This document shows, piece by piece, positions 32,373 to 42,336 of a stretch of DNA of 64,000 nucleotides. The position numbers and the translations under genes were made by a program. Source of the DNA: an uncultured delta proteobacterium (lineage in GTDB: Bacteria > Desulfobacterota > Syntrophia > Syntrophales > UBA2185). The notes beneath the pieces were generated by a model. The model was not told the DNA's origin and searched no databases. It worked only from the letters and a program-made list of their open reading frames with translations. The DNA lies in NCBI GenBank assembly GCA_963695875.1, contig CAVOID010000004.1, positions 96,001 to 160,000 on the forward strand. Direction: 5' to 3'. How positions within the stretch are numbered: position 1 is the first letter of the stretch; every line of letters starts with the position of its first letter.

Positions 32373-33444
32373 ATGGACACCATTCGCTTGCTTGACCTGG
32401 GGCTTGTTTCACCGATTCGTTCGCAAACGATTTACCACGCCGTTGCCTACGCGCTTGACGAGAATACGCCCGACACGATCATTCTCGTCGCACCGACCGA
32501 GCCGTATGTCTGCATCGGATTTCATCAGGAACTCGAAAAAGAAGTAGATGTCGAGTACTGCCGCGCGCACGGCTTGCCGATGGTTCGACGCGAAGTTGGC
32601 GGCGGCGCGGTGTATCTCGACAAGAACCAAGTGTTTATGCAATGGGTCTTTCACCGCGACGCGCTGCCGCGCGACATTAACGATCGCTTTGCGCTGTACG
32701 TCAAGCCGCTCGTCGAAACGTATCACGCGCTTGGCATCCCCGCGAACTATCGTCCCATCAATGACGTGCACGTGGAGGGCAAGAAAATCGGCGGCACAGG
32801 CGCGGCGCAGATGGGCATGGCCGAAGTCGTCGTCGGCTCGCTGATGTTCGATTTCAATTTCGAGGTGATGTCGCAGGTGCTCAAGGTCTCGTCGGAAAAG
32901 ATGCGCGACAAGATTTTCCAGTCGCTCAACGAGTACATGACGACGATGACGCGCCAGCTCGGCCATACGCCCGACCGCGACGCCGTTATCAAGATTTATC
33001 TGGAGCAGGCGCAAGCCGCGCTCGGACGCCCCATCGTGCGCGGCGAGCCGACCGCCAGGGAGCTTGCGCGTGCAGAGGAACTTGACGAGCAATTTGCGAC
33101 GGACGAGTGGCTGTACCAAAAGGGGGGCTTGCGGCAAGCCGGAGTCAAGATTCACCAGGATGTACGCGTGCGGGAAGTGGCTTCGAAAACACCGGGCGGC
33201 CTCGTCCGTGTGACCGCTCGGGTGCGCGACGGGCGGATTGACGATGTGACGCTCTCCGGCGATTTCACGATGCTGCCCAAGTTCGCGCCGGGCGTGCTCG
33301 AACTGGCGCTGCGCGGGACGGCGTTGGAAGCGAGCGCCGTCCAGGCACGCATCGAAGATATGTATCGCAGCATCGCCATTCAATCACCAGGCCTGACAAC
33401 CAGCGATTTAACGAAACGCCATCATGCTTCTCGCGCAGACGTGA
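32373..33444 (+). CDS. lplA: Lipoate-protein ligase (LplA family; N-terminus resembles the sLpl(AB) type); 3' frameshift
   Basis: RREVGGGAVYLD, NDVHVEGKKIGGTG, C-terminal accessory domain KTPGGLVRV...LSGDF; true stop probably TGA at 33442-33444. Confidence 0.8.
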
Positions 33445-33483
33445 GGCTTTGGAGACCTTTGCAGAATTTTTTCGGAGGTTTTT

Positions 33484-34851
33484 ATGCCAGATATCATCGT
33501 CATCGGAGGAGGACCGGGTGGGACTGCCGCCGCGACTCGCGCCGCGCAGTTTGGCGCGCAGGTGACCGTGATTGAGCGTGCGCACCTGGGCGGCAACTGC
33601 GTCAATAACAACTGCATCCCCTTGACCAGCCTGCTGGCGAGCGTCGAGTTGCACCGGCGCATCGGCCAGGCCGGTGACATGGGCATCCAGGTAGGACCCG
33701 CCTCGCTCAATGTGCCCGGAATGATTGCTCGCAAGGATCGCATCGTTCAAGATTTGCGCGAGGGGATAGCGGGCCTGCTGCCGACCTTTGGCATCGAGAT
33801 CGTGCAGGGCCAGGCCCGGCTCGTGGATGCGAAGACGGTCGAAGTAGATGGACAACGCTTGCAGGCAACCCGAGCCATCATCCTGGCGACGGGGGCGCGG
33901 TGGGCGCCGTTGCCGCATGGCGTGGAGGATGTCCTGCGGCCCGACGAGGCGGTCAAGCTCGACTCGGTGCCGGTCCGGTTGCTCATCTGGGGTGGGGGTG
34001 CGTCTGACATCGAGTTTGCCACATTGTATGCCGCGCTGGGCAGCCAGGTAACGCTCGCCGTGGACGGGCCATACCCCTTGCCCCTGGAAGATTACGAAAT
34101 CGGCCAGAGGCTCCAGAGCATCTTGCAGAACCAGGGCATCCAGGTGATAAGCGACGTCCGCGTCAAGTCCGCGACGCGCACCGGCGGCGGGTTGGATGTC
34201 ACCCTGTCCGGTTTGAAGGGCGAGACTCCAGTCGTGGTGGACAAATTGCTATGGGCAGGTCGCGTCCCGGCGATCGACGGGCTGGGGCTGGAGCAGGGAG
34301 GTGTCAAACTGAACGACGGCGCCGTCATCGTGGACGACCGTATGCAGACGAGCGTGCCGGGCGTCTATGCCCTGGGCGATCTGACCGGCGGGCGGATGTA
34401 TTCCTCGCTGGCAACGGCCGGGGGACTGGTGGCCGCGGAAAATGCGATGGGACGCAATCGACGCCTGGATCAGCGCGCGGTGCCGCGCTATGCGTTCTCG
34501 ATCCCAGAAGTCGCTGCCGTCGGCCTGACCGAAGACGAGGCGACAGACAAAGGCTACGACGTTGAGGTCGCCAATATCGCCTACGGGTCAAGCCCGCGAG
34601 CAATGGGCCTGGGCGAGGTCGAAGGCGGCATCAAGTTCGTCGCTGACCGCAAACTGGGCAAGGTCTTAGGCGTTCACATCGTCGGACACCGGGCGACAGA
34701 ATTGATCGCCGAAGCAACACTGGGTATCCAGCTAGAAGCCCTGGCTGAGGATTTTGCGTGGGCTATTCGGATTCACCCGACGCTGAGCGAAAGTATGGTG
34801 GAGGCCGGGCGAGCGATCCTTGGCCAGGCGTTATACGTGCCCAAGTTCTAG
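33484..34851 (+). CDS. Dihydrolipoamide dehydrogenase-like flavoprotein (divergent E3)
   Basis: FAD motif GGGPGG, redox disulfide [12 protein letters not shown]-terminal HPTLSE; NAD-binding motif degenerate (WGGGASDIE). Confidence 0.85.
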   Translation: MPDIIVIGGGPGGTAAATRAAQFGAQVTVIERAHLGGNCVNNNCIPLTSLLASVELHRRIGQAGDMGIQVGPASLNVPGMIARKDRIVQDLREGIAGLLPTFGIEIVQGQARLVDAKTVEVDGQRLQATRAIILATGARWAPLPHGVEDVLRPDEAVKLDSVPVRLLIWGGGASDIEFATLYAALGSQVTLAVDGPYPLPLEDYEIGQRLQSILQNQGIQVISDVRVKSATRTGGGLDVTLSGLKGETPVVVDKLLWAGRVPAIDGLGLEQGGVKLNDGAVIVDDRMQTSVPGVYALGDLTGGRMYSSLATAGGLVAAENAMGRNRRLDQRAVPRYAFSIPEVAAVGLTEDEATDKGYDVEVANIAYGSSPRAMGLGEVEGGIKFVADRKLGKVLGVHIVGHRATELIAEATLGIQLEALAEDFAWAIRIHPTLSESMVEAGRAILGQALYVPKF

Positions 34852-34866
34852 CATATGTTCACGTTG

Positions 34867-34944
34867 TGTCATTTCGACCGCAGGGAGAAATCTTTTTCGA
34901 TAATATTGAAGATTTCTCAATCACTCCGTTCCTTCGAAATGACA
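34867..34944. repeat. REPIN/MITE-like inverted-repeat element, copy B
   Basis: Same TGTCATTTCGACCGCAGGGAGAAATC...CACTCCGTTCCTTCGAAATGACA ends as copy A. Confidence 0.75.
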
Positions 34945-34991
34945 AAATGGTAGTTGTGCAAAACTGTCAAAAGGAATTTGAAGGAGCGAAC

Positions 34992-36548
34992 GTGCCTTCT
35001 AATGAATCAATCCATCTCGTTCGTATGGGGCGAGTCCCCTACCGCCATGCATTGCGTCTCATGCAGCTCATGGGAGACGCCCGCCGTCGGGGTGACATGG
35101 GCGATGCGCTGCTTCTCGTCGAGCACCCGCCGGTCATCACGCTGGGTTGCGCAGGCGGAAACGAAGACTTGCGTGTATCCTCTGACTATCTCCGGCAACT
35201 CGGCATTGAAGTCGTCCCAACCGAGCGCGGTGGACGAGTGACGTATCACGGCCCGGGCCAACTGGTTGTTTACCCAATCCTGAAATTGGCGAACGATGAC
35301 CTGCATGATTATCTGTGGCGATTGGAGCAGGTCGCGCTGGAGGTTCTGAACGAATGGGGCATCGCCGCCAGGCGTTTAGAGCGGCACCCGGGCGTCTGGA
35401 TCGGACGAGACAAGATCGCGGCGGTAGGCGTGGCGGTGCAGGATCGGGTGACGACTCACGGACTGGCGCTCAATGTTGATCCCGACATGGCGCACTTTCA
35501 GTTGATCATCCCGTGCGGCTTGAGCAGCCGGGGCGTCACATCCATGCGGGCAGTCCTGGGGCAGCCAGTGGCGATGGAGGCAGTCGAACACAGTTTCGCT
35601 GCTGCCTTTAGCCGCGTGTTCATGCGCCAGGTCGCGCCGCGTCTGATGCCCGGGCCATGGCTGGTTGCTCCCGCGCCCCAGGAAGCGACGGCGAGCATTG
35701 AGCAATTGGTCGACGATTTGAGTTTACATACTGTTTGCCAGGAAGCCGCCTGTCCGAACATCGGTGAATGTTGGGCGCGGGGCACGGCCACGTTCATGCT
35801 GCTCGGCAATGTGTGTACCCGTTACTGTCGCTTTTGCAACGTGAAATCCGGCCACCCGCTTCCGCCCGATCCACAGGAGCCTTTCCGTGTCGCCGAGGCG
35901 GCTGCGAGAATGGGCCTGCATCACGTCGTCCTCACCTCGGTCACGCGCGACGACCTGCCCGATGGCGGCGCCGGCCAGTTCGTCTTAACCATCCAGGCCA
36001 TTCGTAACCGCTTGCCCGGCACGACGGTCGAGGTACTTGTTCCCGATTTCGGCGGGTCGCTCCCGGCTCTGGACACTGTGGCCGCCGCCCGGCCCGATGT
36101 GTTCAATCACAACGTCGAGACCGTCGAGCGGCTGTCGGACAAGGTGCGAGCCAAGGCCGAGTATCGCCGCTCGCTGGCCGTGCTGGCCTGGGCCAAACAG
36201 CGAGGACTGACGACCAAATCAGGGTTGATGGTCGGCCTGGGCGAGACTTGTGGTGAAGTGATCGAGACAATGCGCGACCTGCGCCACGCCGGTTGCGACA
36301 TTCTGACCATCGGCCAGTATCTTCAGCCGACGAGCCGGCAAATCGAGGTGGCCGATCACGTCCACCCGGTCGTGTTCGCGTGGTATCGTGAGGTAGGCCA
36401 GTCCCTGGGTTTTCAAATGGTCATGGCCGAGCCGTTAGTGCGCAGTTCGTACCATGCAGAAGAAGTCCGGGCAGGGAAAATGATGCCCGGTGTTTTCAGT
36501 TCAGGAGCTGTTTGCAACTCCAAAAGCAGTCTGTGCAAGGAGGGATAA
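34992..36548 (+). CDS. Fused octanoyltransferase LipB + lipoyl synthase LipA
   Basis: GTG start after AAGGAG; LipB motifs [39 protein letters not shown], then LipA motifs [34 protein letters not shown] in one uninterrupted frame. Confidence 0.9.
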   Translation: MPSNESIHLVRMGRVPYRHALRLMQLMGDARRRGDMGDALLLVEHPPVITLGCAGGNEDLRVSSDYLRQLGIEVVPTERGGRVTYHGPGQLVVYPILKLANDDLHDYLWRLEQVALEVLNEWGIAARRLERHPGVWIGRDKIAAVGVAVQDRVTTHGLALNVDPDMAHFQLIIPCGLSSRGVTSMRAVLGQPVAMEAVEHSFAAAFSRVFMRQVAPRLMPGPWLVAPAPQEATASIEQLVDDLSLHTVCQEAACPNIGECWARGTATFMLLGNVCTRYCRFCNVKSGHPLPPDPQEPFRVAEAAARMGLHHVVLTSVTRDDLPDGGAGQFVLTIQAIRNRLPGTTVEVLVPDFGGSLPALDTVAAARPDVFNHNVETVERLSDKVRAKAEYRRSLAVLAWAKQRGLTTKSGLMVGLGETCGEVIETMRDLRHAGCDILTIGQYLQPTSRQIEVADHVHPVVFAWYREVGQSLGFQMVMAEPLVRSSYHAEEVRAGKMMPGVFSSGAVCNSKSSLCKEG

Positions 36549-36551
36549 ACA

Positions 36552-37350
36552 ATGGACATGGGATTAAAAGGAAGGGTAGCGCTGGTCACCGGGGCCAGCC
36601 GGGGCATCGGTAAGGCTTGCGCCCTGGTACTGGCCGGAGAAGGGTGCGACGTGGCCATCTGCGCTCGCGGTAAGGAAGCCTTAGAAAAGGCGGCAGAGGA
36701 GATCAAATCCAAGGGGTTGCAGGTCCTCGCGGTCCAGGCAGATGTCGCTAGACCGGAAGACATCAAGAGCATGGTGGCCAAGACCATCGAAAAGTTCGGG
36801 CGCATTGACGTCTTGGTGAACAATGCCGGAACAGGCCGGTTGAGCGACTTGATGCAACTTCCCGAGGAAGAGTTCCGTTACAACATGGACCTGATGTTCT
36901 TCGGCCTTATCCAGTGCTCCAAGGAGGTCGTCCCGTTATATGCGCAAGCAGGGCTGGGGACGGATCATCAATATCTCCTCGATCTTCGGGAAGCAACCGG
37001 GTGGCCTGGTGGACTATGACTCTATCAAAGCGGCCGTGATCATGTTCACCAAGGATCTGGCCAACTATCTGGCCAAGGATAACATCCTGGTAAACGCTGT
37101 CTGCCCCGGGCCCATCCACACACCGCTGTGGGAGGGTCCCGGACAACTGGGTGAGCAACTGGGCAAGCTCATTGGGATGTCAGGGCCGGAGGCCATTGAC
37201 TGGTTCGCCAAGCAGAACATCCCCCTGGGACATCACGGCGATCCGGAAGATATCGCCTGCATGGTGGCCTTCCTGGCCTCGGAGAAAGCCAAGTTCATCA
37301 CCGGGCAGGCGATCAATGTAGATGGTGGGATGGTGAAGACTCCAATCTAA
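36552..37350 (+). CDS. Short-chain dehydrogenase/reductase (one frameshift near 36935)
   Basis: TGASRGIG, VNNAG, YDSIK (YxxxK), ITGQAINVDGG. Confidence 0.88.
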
Positions 37351-37353
37351 CTC

Positions 37354-37418
37354 CCCATCCATCTAAAGTCTTCACCTGAAGGTGAGGGTTTTTCTCCCAA
37401 TCCCCGAGAGACAATAAA
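37354..37418. mobile_element. Possible IS607/IS200-IS605-type end remnant
   Basis: CCATCCATCTAAAGTCTTCACCTGAAGGTGAGGG...CCCAATCCCCGAGAGACAATAA with hairpin TTCACC-TGAA-GGTGAG; resemblance recalled from memory, not verified. Confidence 0.3.
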
Positions 37419-37450
37419 AAGGTGTACCAGCGGCAGAATTGAGAGAAGAC

Positions 37451-38903
37451 GTGTCGATAACATTCCCTACCATTCCGGCTGACCGCGTGACCGAGGACGC
37501 CATCGAGCGCAAGCTGTATTCGCGCGACCTGGCCCCTGTCCCGGCCATCATGGTCAAGCCGTTTTTCCGAACGCTGCCCGATGCCGTCATCCGGCCCGGC
37601 ACCGCCGAGCACGTGGCCGAGGTGATGCGCCAGGCCGCGCGCGGGCGCATTCCGGTCACGCCCCGCGCCGCAGCCAGCACCAGCTACTATAACTCCGTGC
37701 CCGTGCGTGGGGGATGGGTGCTGGATGTGAATGACCTGCGCGATGGAATCGAGCTGGACGCCGCGCGGCAGACCGTTCGAGTGCTGCCGGCCACCACCTG
37801 GTTTGATCTGGATGACGCCTTGCAACAGAGGGGCTTTGCCGTCAAGTCGTATCCGTCGAGCGCGGTCTCGGCGACTGTCGGCGGTTGGGTGAGTATGCAG
37901 GGGCACGGCATGGGCAGTCTCAAGTACGGCGGAGTGGGCGAGCTACTGATCAGCTTGCAAGTGGCGCTGCCGAATGGCGAGTTGGTCACCGTCACGCGCG
38001 AAAGCGATCCGCCGCTCGACTGGTTCGTCGCCGCCGAAGGCACCCTGGGCGTGATCACCCAGGTTGAACTGACCATCCGCCCGCGTCCTGCCGCTGAGTC
38101 TCATCACCTGTTCGCCTTCGATGACCTGAACACACTCGGCCGGAACGTCGTCTCGCTCGCCCGCGCTGAGCCACGCCCCTTCACCGTCTTTTTCGCCGAC
38201 AGCGGCTACCTGCGCCTGCTGGCGCGCGCCGGGTTCCACATTCCGCTCGACTTGCCGCAGTCACATTTTCCTGTCAGCGAGAAAGGCTTGCTCCTGGTAA
38301 GTTTCCAGGGCGAGCCGTCTGAAGTCAATCAGGGCAAAGACAGGCTGACCCGTGTGGCGGGGTGCGAGCTGTCTTCCGACCTGGCGCTGGAGGAATGGAA
38401 TACTGCGCCTGTATCACCTGCGAGCCAAGCGTGCCGGGCCATCGCTGTTGGCCGCCGAATCGTGGCTGCCGATAGACGCGCTGCACCACTACCTCAAGTC
38501 GGTCAAGGCCCTGGCCGAACGCAGCCGTTTGCTGATCGGCACCTATGGCCTGGCCGTCGCGCCGGACATGGCCCTGGTCATGTCTCTCTATCCGACCGAC
38601 GAGCGACACACAGTAAAATACCTGGCGGCGCTTGGATTCACCAAGCGGTTGCACGACCTGGCCGCGCGCTATGGTGGGTGGCCCTATGGTGTCGGGCTGT
38701 GGAACTCGGCCTACCTGCCTCGGTTGTTCAGCCGGACTCGATTGGCCGAGCTCAAGCGGCGCAAGGCGCGGCTTGATCCGTCGGGCATCATGAATCCAGG
38801 CAAGTTGTATCAGGCGTCGTTCCCGTTGTGGCCGATCACGTTTGGCATAGGAGCTGCAGTGCTTGGCGCGGCGCACGTCGCGCTGGGGAGGGAGCGGCCA
38901 TGA
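37451..38903 (+). CDS. FAD-binding oxidoreductase (GlcD/VAO family; frameshift near 38400)
   Basis: PDAVIRP...VTPR, SATVGGW, AEGTLGVIT, LDPSGIMNPGK. Confidence 0.85.
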
Positions 38904-40052
38904 AGGATCAGTCATTTTTCGAAGGACTGATGGCCGAAGCAGTCATCTGCGCTTACTGCGGCTATTGCCGGGCGGTCTGCCCGACCTACGCGGGCGTCGG
39001 CTGGGAATCATGTTCGCCGCGCGGCCGCATTCAACTCACCCGGCTGATCATGGAGGGAAAGCCGCCGAACGCAGAGCAGATGACGCGGCTCTACCAATGC
39101 ACGCTGTGCGGACACTGCACCCAGGTCTGCTCAACGCGCATTGATCTGCGCCAGTTCTGGCTGGAGGCGCGCAGGCAAACAGTCGCGCGAGACCTGTCGC
39201 CCCAAGGGTTGGCGGCGGCGCGCGATAACATAACCAAGACCGGCAACGTCTATGGCTACCCGAACGACGAACGGGCCGGCTGGGTCGAGTACATGGATGA
39301 TGCCCCCGCCGATCTCTACCAACGGGATCAGGCCGGGATGGTCTACTTTGTCGGCTGTTTGACGTCATTTTCGCCGCGCGTCCAGCGCATCGCCGAGTCG
39401 TTCGTCCGTGTACTCGATGCCGCCGGGGTGGATTTCACGATCCTGGGCGAAGGCGAAGTCTGCTGCGGCTTTCCGCTGCTTGCCGCCGGGATGCATGAGC
39501 AGGCGCACGCGGTGATTGAGCGCAACCTGGAACATGTCCGCGCGATCGGTGCAACAACCATCGTCTTTAACTGTCCGGCCTGCCGGATGATGTGGCTTGA
39601 AGAATACGCTCGCCATTTGCCCGGCGTGCGGCTGCTCCACTCGACCGAGTTGCTGGCCGAGTTGGTAGCTGCCCACCGGTTGCCGATGAAGGATGTAAAA
39701 CGAATAGTCACGTACCACGATCCGTGCGACCTGGCGCGCAATGGCGGGGTGTACGATGCGCCGCGTGCGGTGCTGGCGGCAATCCCGGGTCTGCAGCTTG
39801 TCGAGGTACACGAGCGGCGCGAGCGTGGGCTGTGTTGCGGCGGCGGCGGCGACCTGGAAATGGTAGACCCGGCGTTGTCCGGGCGCGTGGCGGCGCGAAC
39901 GGCAGGCAAGCTGGCTGCAACCGGCGCACAGGCCATCGTGACCGCCTGCCCACAGTGCGTGCGGACGTTGACGCGCGGAGCGGAGCAAACCGCTCCTGAT
40001 CTCGACGGTGAAAGACATCGTAGAATTGCTGGCCGAGGCCCTGGACAAGTAA
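38900..40052 (+). CDS. Fe-S/CCG-domain oxidoreductase (GlcF/GlpC/HdrD-like; 3' frameshift)
   Basis: CAYCGYCRAVCP, CTLCGHCTQVC, VCCGFP, CPAC, YHDPCDL, CCGGGG, ACPQC; ATGA overlap with the FAD gene. Confidence 0.88.
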
Positions 40053-40062
40053 GGAGGTCGGT

Positions 40063-40509
40063 ATGGCCCAAGTCGAAGGAATCAATTTGCCGGATGAACT
40101 CTACTACCATCCGGATGATCACCTGTGGGTGCGCATGGAAGGCACACGGGCAACCGTTGGGCTTGAACGACCTGGCCCAGCGATCAGCCGGAAAGGTGAG
40201 CGCCGTCCGGCTCAAGCCGCCGGGCCGGCCCATTGCCAAGGGCAAACCGTTCGGAACGATGGAAGCGGGCAAGTACGTCGGGCCACTCAGAGCGCCCATC
40301 GCGGGACAGGTGATCGAAATCAACTCGGAGGTCATGAGCACAGCCGGGCTTGTTGAACTCGGATCCATACGGCAAAGGCTGGCTGATTCTCATCGAGCCG
40401 GAGAATGCAGCGCGCGATTTGCCCGAGCCTGGTGCATGGCGATGCCACTCAGGCGTGGCTGGAGAAAACCATCGCCGATTGGCGCAAACGAGGATTACTG
40501 AAGGATTAA
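40063..40509 (+). CDS. GcvH/LbpA-like lipoyl carrier protein (frameshifted)
   Basis: LPDELYYHPDDHLWVR...GL/NDLAQ...GKPFGTMEAGKYVGPLRAPIAG...DPYGKGWL; AGGAGG RBS; lipoyl Lys in EAGKYVGP. Confidence 0.8.
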
Positions 40510-40555
40510 GGAGGTGTTGACATGGCATTGAAAGCAGCATTTATTTTCGTGGCGC
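40509..40555 (+). repeat. 47-bp direct repeat of 27128-27174 (RBS plus first 11 codons of the DUF6506-like gene, then truncated)
   Basis: AGGAGGTGTTGA[G/C]ATGGCATTGAAAGCAGCATTTATTTTC[T/G]TGGCGC, 45 of 47 identical. Confidence 0.85.
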
Positions 40556-40589
40556 TTTGTTAATTCTTTCCATCAGGCGGACACCTGCC

Positions 40590-40625
40590 ATAAAGGGGCT
40601 GCGATTTGCAGCCCCTTTATTTTTT
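40590..40625 (+). terminator. Rho-independent terminator closing the island operon
   Basis: ATAAAGGGGCTGC-GATTT-GCAGCCCCTTTATTTTTT. Confidence 0.8.
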
Positions 40626-40927
40626 AAAACCTTCGTCCAGGCACTTTTTGATCACTGATCCACGTATAACTTTCTTCTCCTAATCCCCAACAGATAAACT
40701 AACTTCCGCAATCAGTCTCACCCATCTTGATATCATCATGCAGGATAAGGGTTTCCACCTATGGCCACCTGTGAATGGAATGTATTTTAGAATCCTGTCC
40801 CTAAATTCTGCCGGTAATACATTTTAACGAACCTCAACTCCTTCCCGTGGATGTAATTGAAGATGCCCTGACTGACCAAGTGGCTTATCCACCACATTCT
40901 GCAAACGTCGTAGCCACCGCCATCCCC

Positions 40928-40956
40928 TGTCATCCCGGACCTGATCCGGGATCCAG
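40928..40956. repeat. REP-like half element
   Basis: TGTCATCCCGGACCTGATCCGGGATCCAG; related partial GACTTGATCCGGATC at about 50981. Confidence 0.45.
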
Positions 40957-41097
40957 ATTCCTTTGAATCACGAAAAATGACTTGACGGATTCCAGATTTA
41001 GTTATATTTTCGCTTAAATTTCAAATGGATATTGAGGACAATATTGTAACACCCTTTAACTCATCAATTAAGAGGGACACATGGACTGATTTCGCGC

Positions 41098-41132
41098 AAC
41101 CCCGTTTCTTAAAAAGAGCGGGGTTTTTTATT
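41098..41132 (+). terminator. Terminator-like hairpin upstream of the Sir2 gene
   Basis: AACCCCGTTTCTT-AA-AAAGAGCGGGGTTTTTTATT. Confidence 0.55.
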
Positions 41133-41302
41133 GCCGATCAGTATGGCAATATTCTGTTATCCTGATCCGCATAGGATGCAGTGATAAACATCGAGAGATA
41201 GGGCAGCAATCAAAGGAATATAAAGAGTTTAGCACGTCTTTAGCAGACGATCCAATGGCGTGTTATCCGGATCAATCTAATTATTGTTAGGCGCAGAGGC
41301 AA

Positions 41303-42333
41303 ATGACAGAGGCTCTCAATTTTATTGGAGAACTTGAGGCTAAGGTTGCGGAGCAACTGAAGGCGCAGCGCGTCGGCTACCTTCTCGGAGCTGGTTCGTC
41401 GTACTTGGACAATGCCGGATACCCGCTCGCGTTCGAGCTCTGGGATCTCATCAAGGATCGGATCGTCGACCCGCAGAAGCGTGCGACATTCAGGCCAAAC
41501 TCGACGGCGGGGCGACGGGAATCGAACACGCCCTCGACCTGCTCGACGACGGTGGGGCAATGGACACGCCGTATCGGCATCTGGTGACAGCGGCCATTGC
41601 GGACTTGTTCCTCCCTAAGAACCCAAGTCTCGATCTGCACGTTGAGTTCGTGCGTCGGCTGTCCCAACGTCGCGGACCCGTGCGTAAAGGTGTTCAGCCT
41701 CAACTACGACCCGCTGGTCGAACGCGCGGCGGAGGCCGCCAAGGTCCGGGTATCGGACGGATTCCTCGGCGTGGAGCATGCCTATTTCGACCCGGCAGTG
41801 TTCGAGGAGCGCATTGGTCGGATTCGCGGCACACACAAGGGGCGCCAGTTCGACGAGACAGTGAAGCCGATTCACCTCTTGAAACTTCACGGCTCGCTCG
41901 GCTGGTATGAATGCCCAACACGGGGAGTGCGGCGTTGTGCGTTTACGGGTCGGCACCGCCACCCGGCACGAAGCGGCTGATGGTGCCACCGCAACGCAGG
42001 AAAGCGACTGACACGATGCTCCCGCCTTACGCCGCACTCTGGTCCGCCTTTCGCGGATGCTTGGGCCACAATGCGAATCCGATCAACCGCTTGGCCTGCT
42101 TCGGATACGGCTTCGCTGACGAACACGTGAACGCCGTCATCGAGGCCGCACTGGCGCGGACGGATTTCACTTTGCTTATCTTCACGAAGGCGCTGTCCGA
42201 CACGGCCTGGAATCGCTGGAGCGTCAAGACGAACGCGGTTGTGGTGACGGAAACGCGGTGCTCGCTGAAAGGGACGGTCGGACCCGGCCATACCGACCTT
42301 TGGCGCTTTGAACGACTCTGCAAGGAGGTCTAA
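41303..42333 (+). CDS. SIR2-like (SIR2_2) NADase of a Sir2-HerA defence system (frameshifted)
   Basis: LLGAGSS, VFSLNYDPLVE, DGF, LLKLHGSLGW, PY, FGYGFADEHVN spread over ORFs 41303, 41560, 41597 and 41911. Confidence 0.85.
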
Positions 42334-42336
42334 CCA

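Noticed and set aside
34758..34991. 78-aa N-terminal extension on LipB-LipA in the ORF track
   Set aside because: It overlaps the E3 gene and translates through the REPIN-like repeat; GTG 34992 with an AAGGAG RBS is the better start
38828..40501. Apparent 557-aa fusion of the Fe-S/CCG protein with GcvH-like sequence
   Set aside because: Produced by compensating frameshifts; the Fe-S gene has its own stop at 40050-40052 and the H-protein gene has its own AGGAGG RBS and ATG at 40063
40982..41165. Promoter + short ORF + hairpin as an attenuator or sRNA controlling Sir2-HerA
   Set aside because: The short ORF has no regulatory codon run or clear RBS; only the hairpin is supportable
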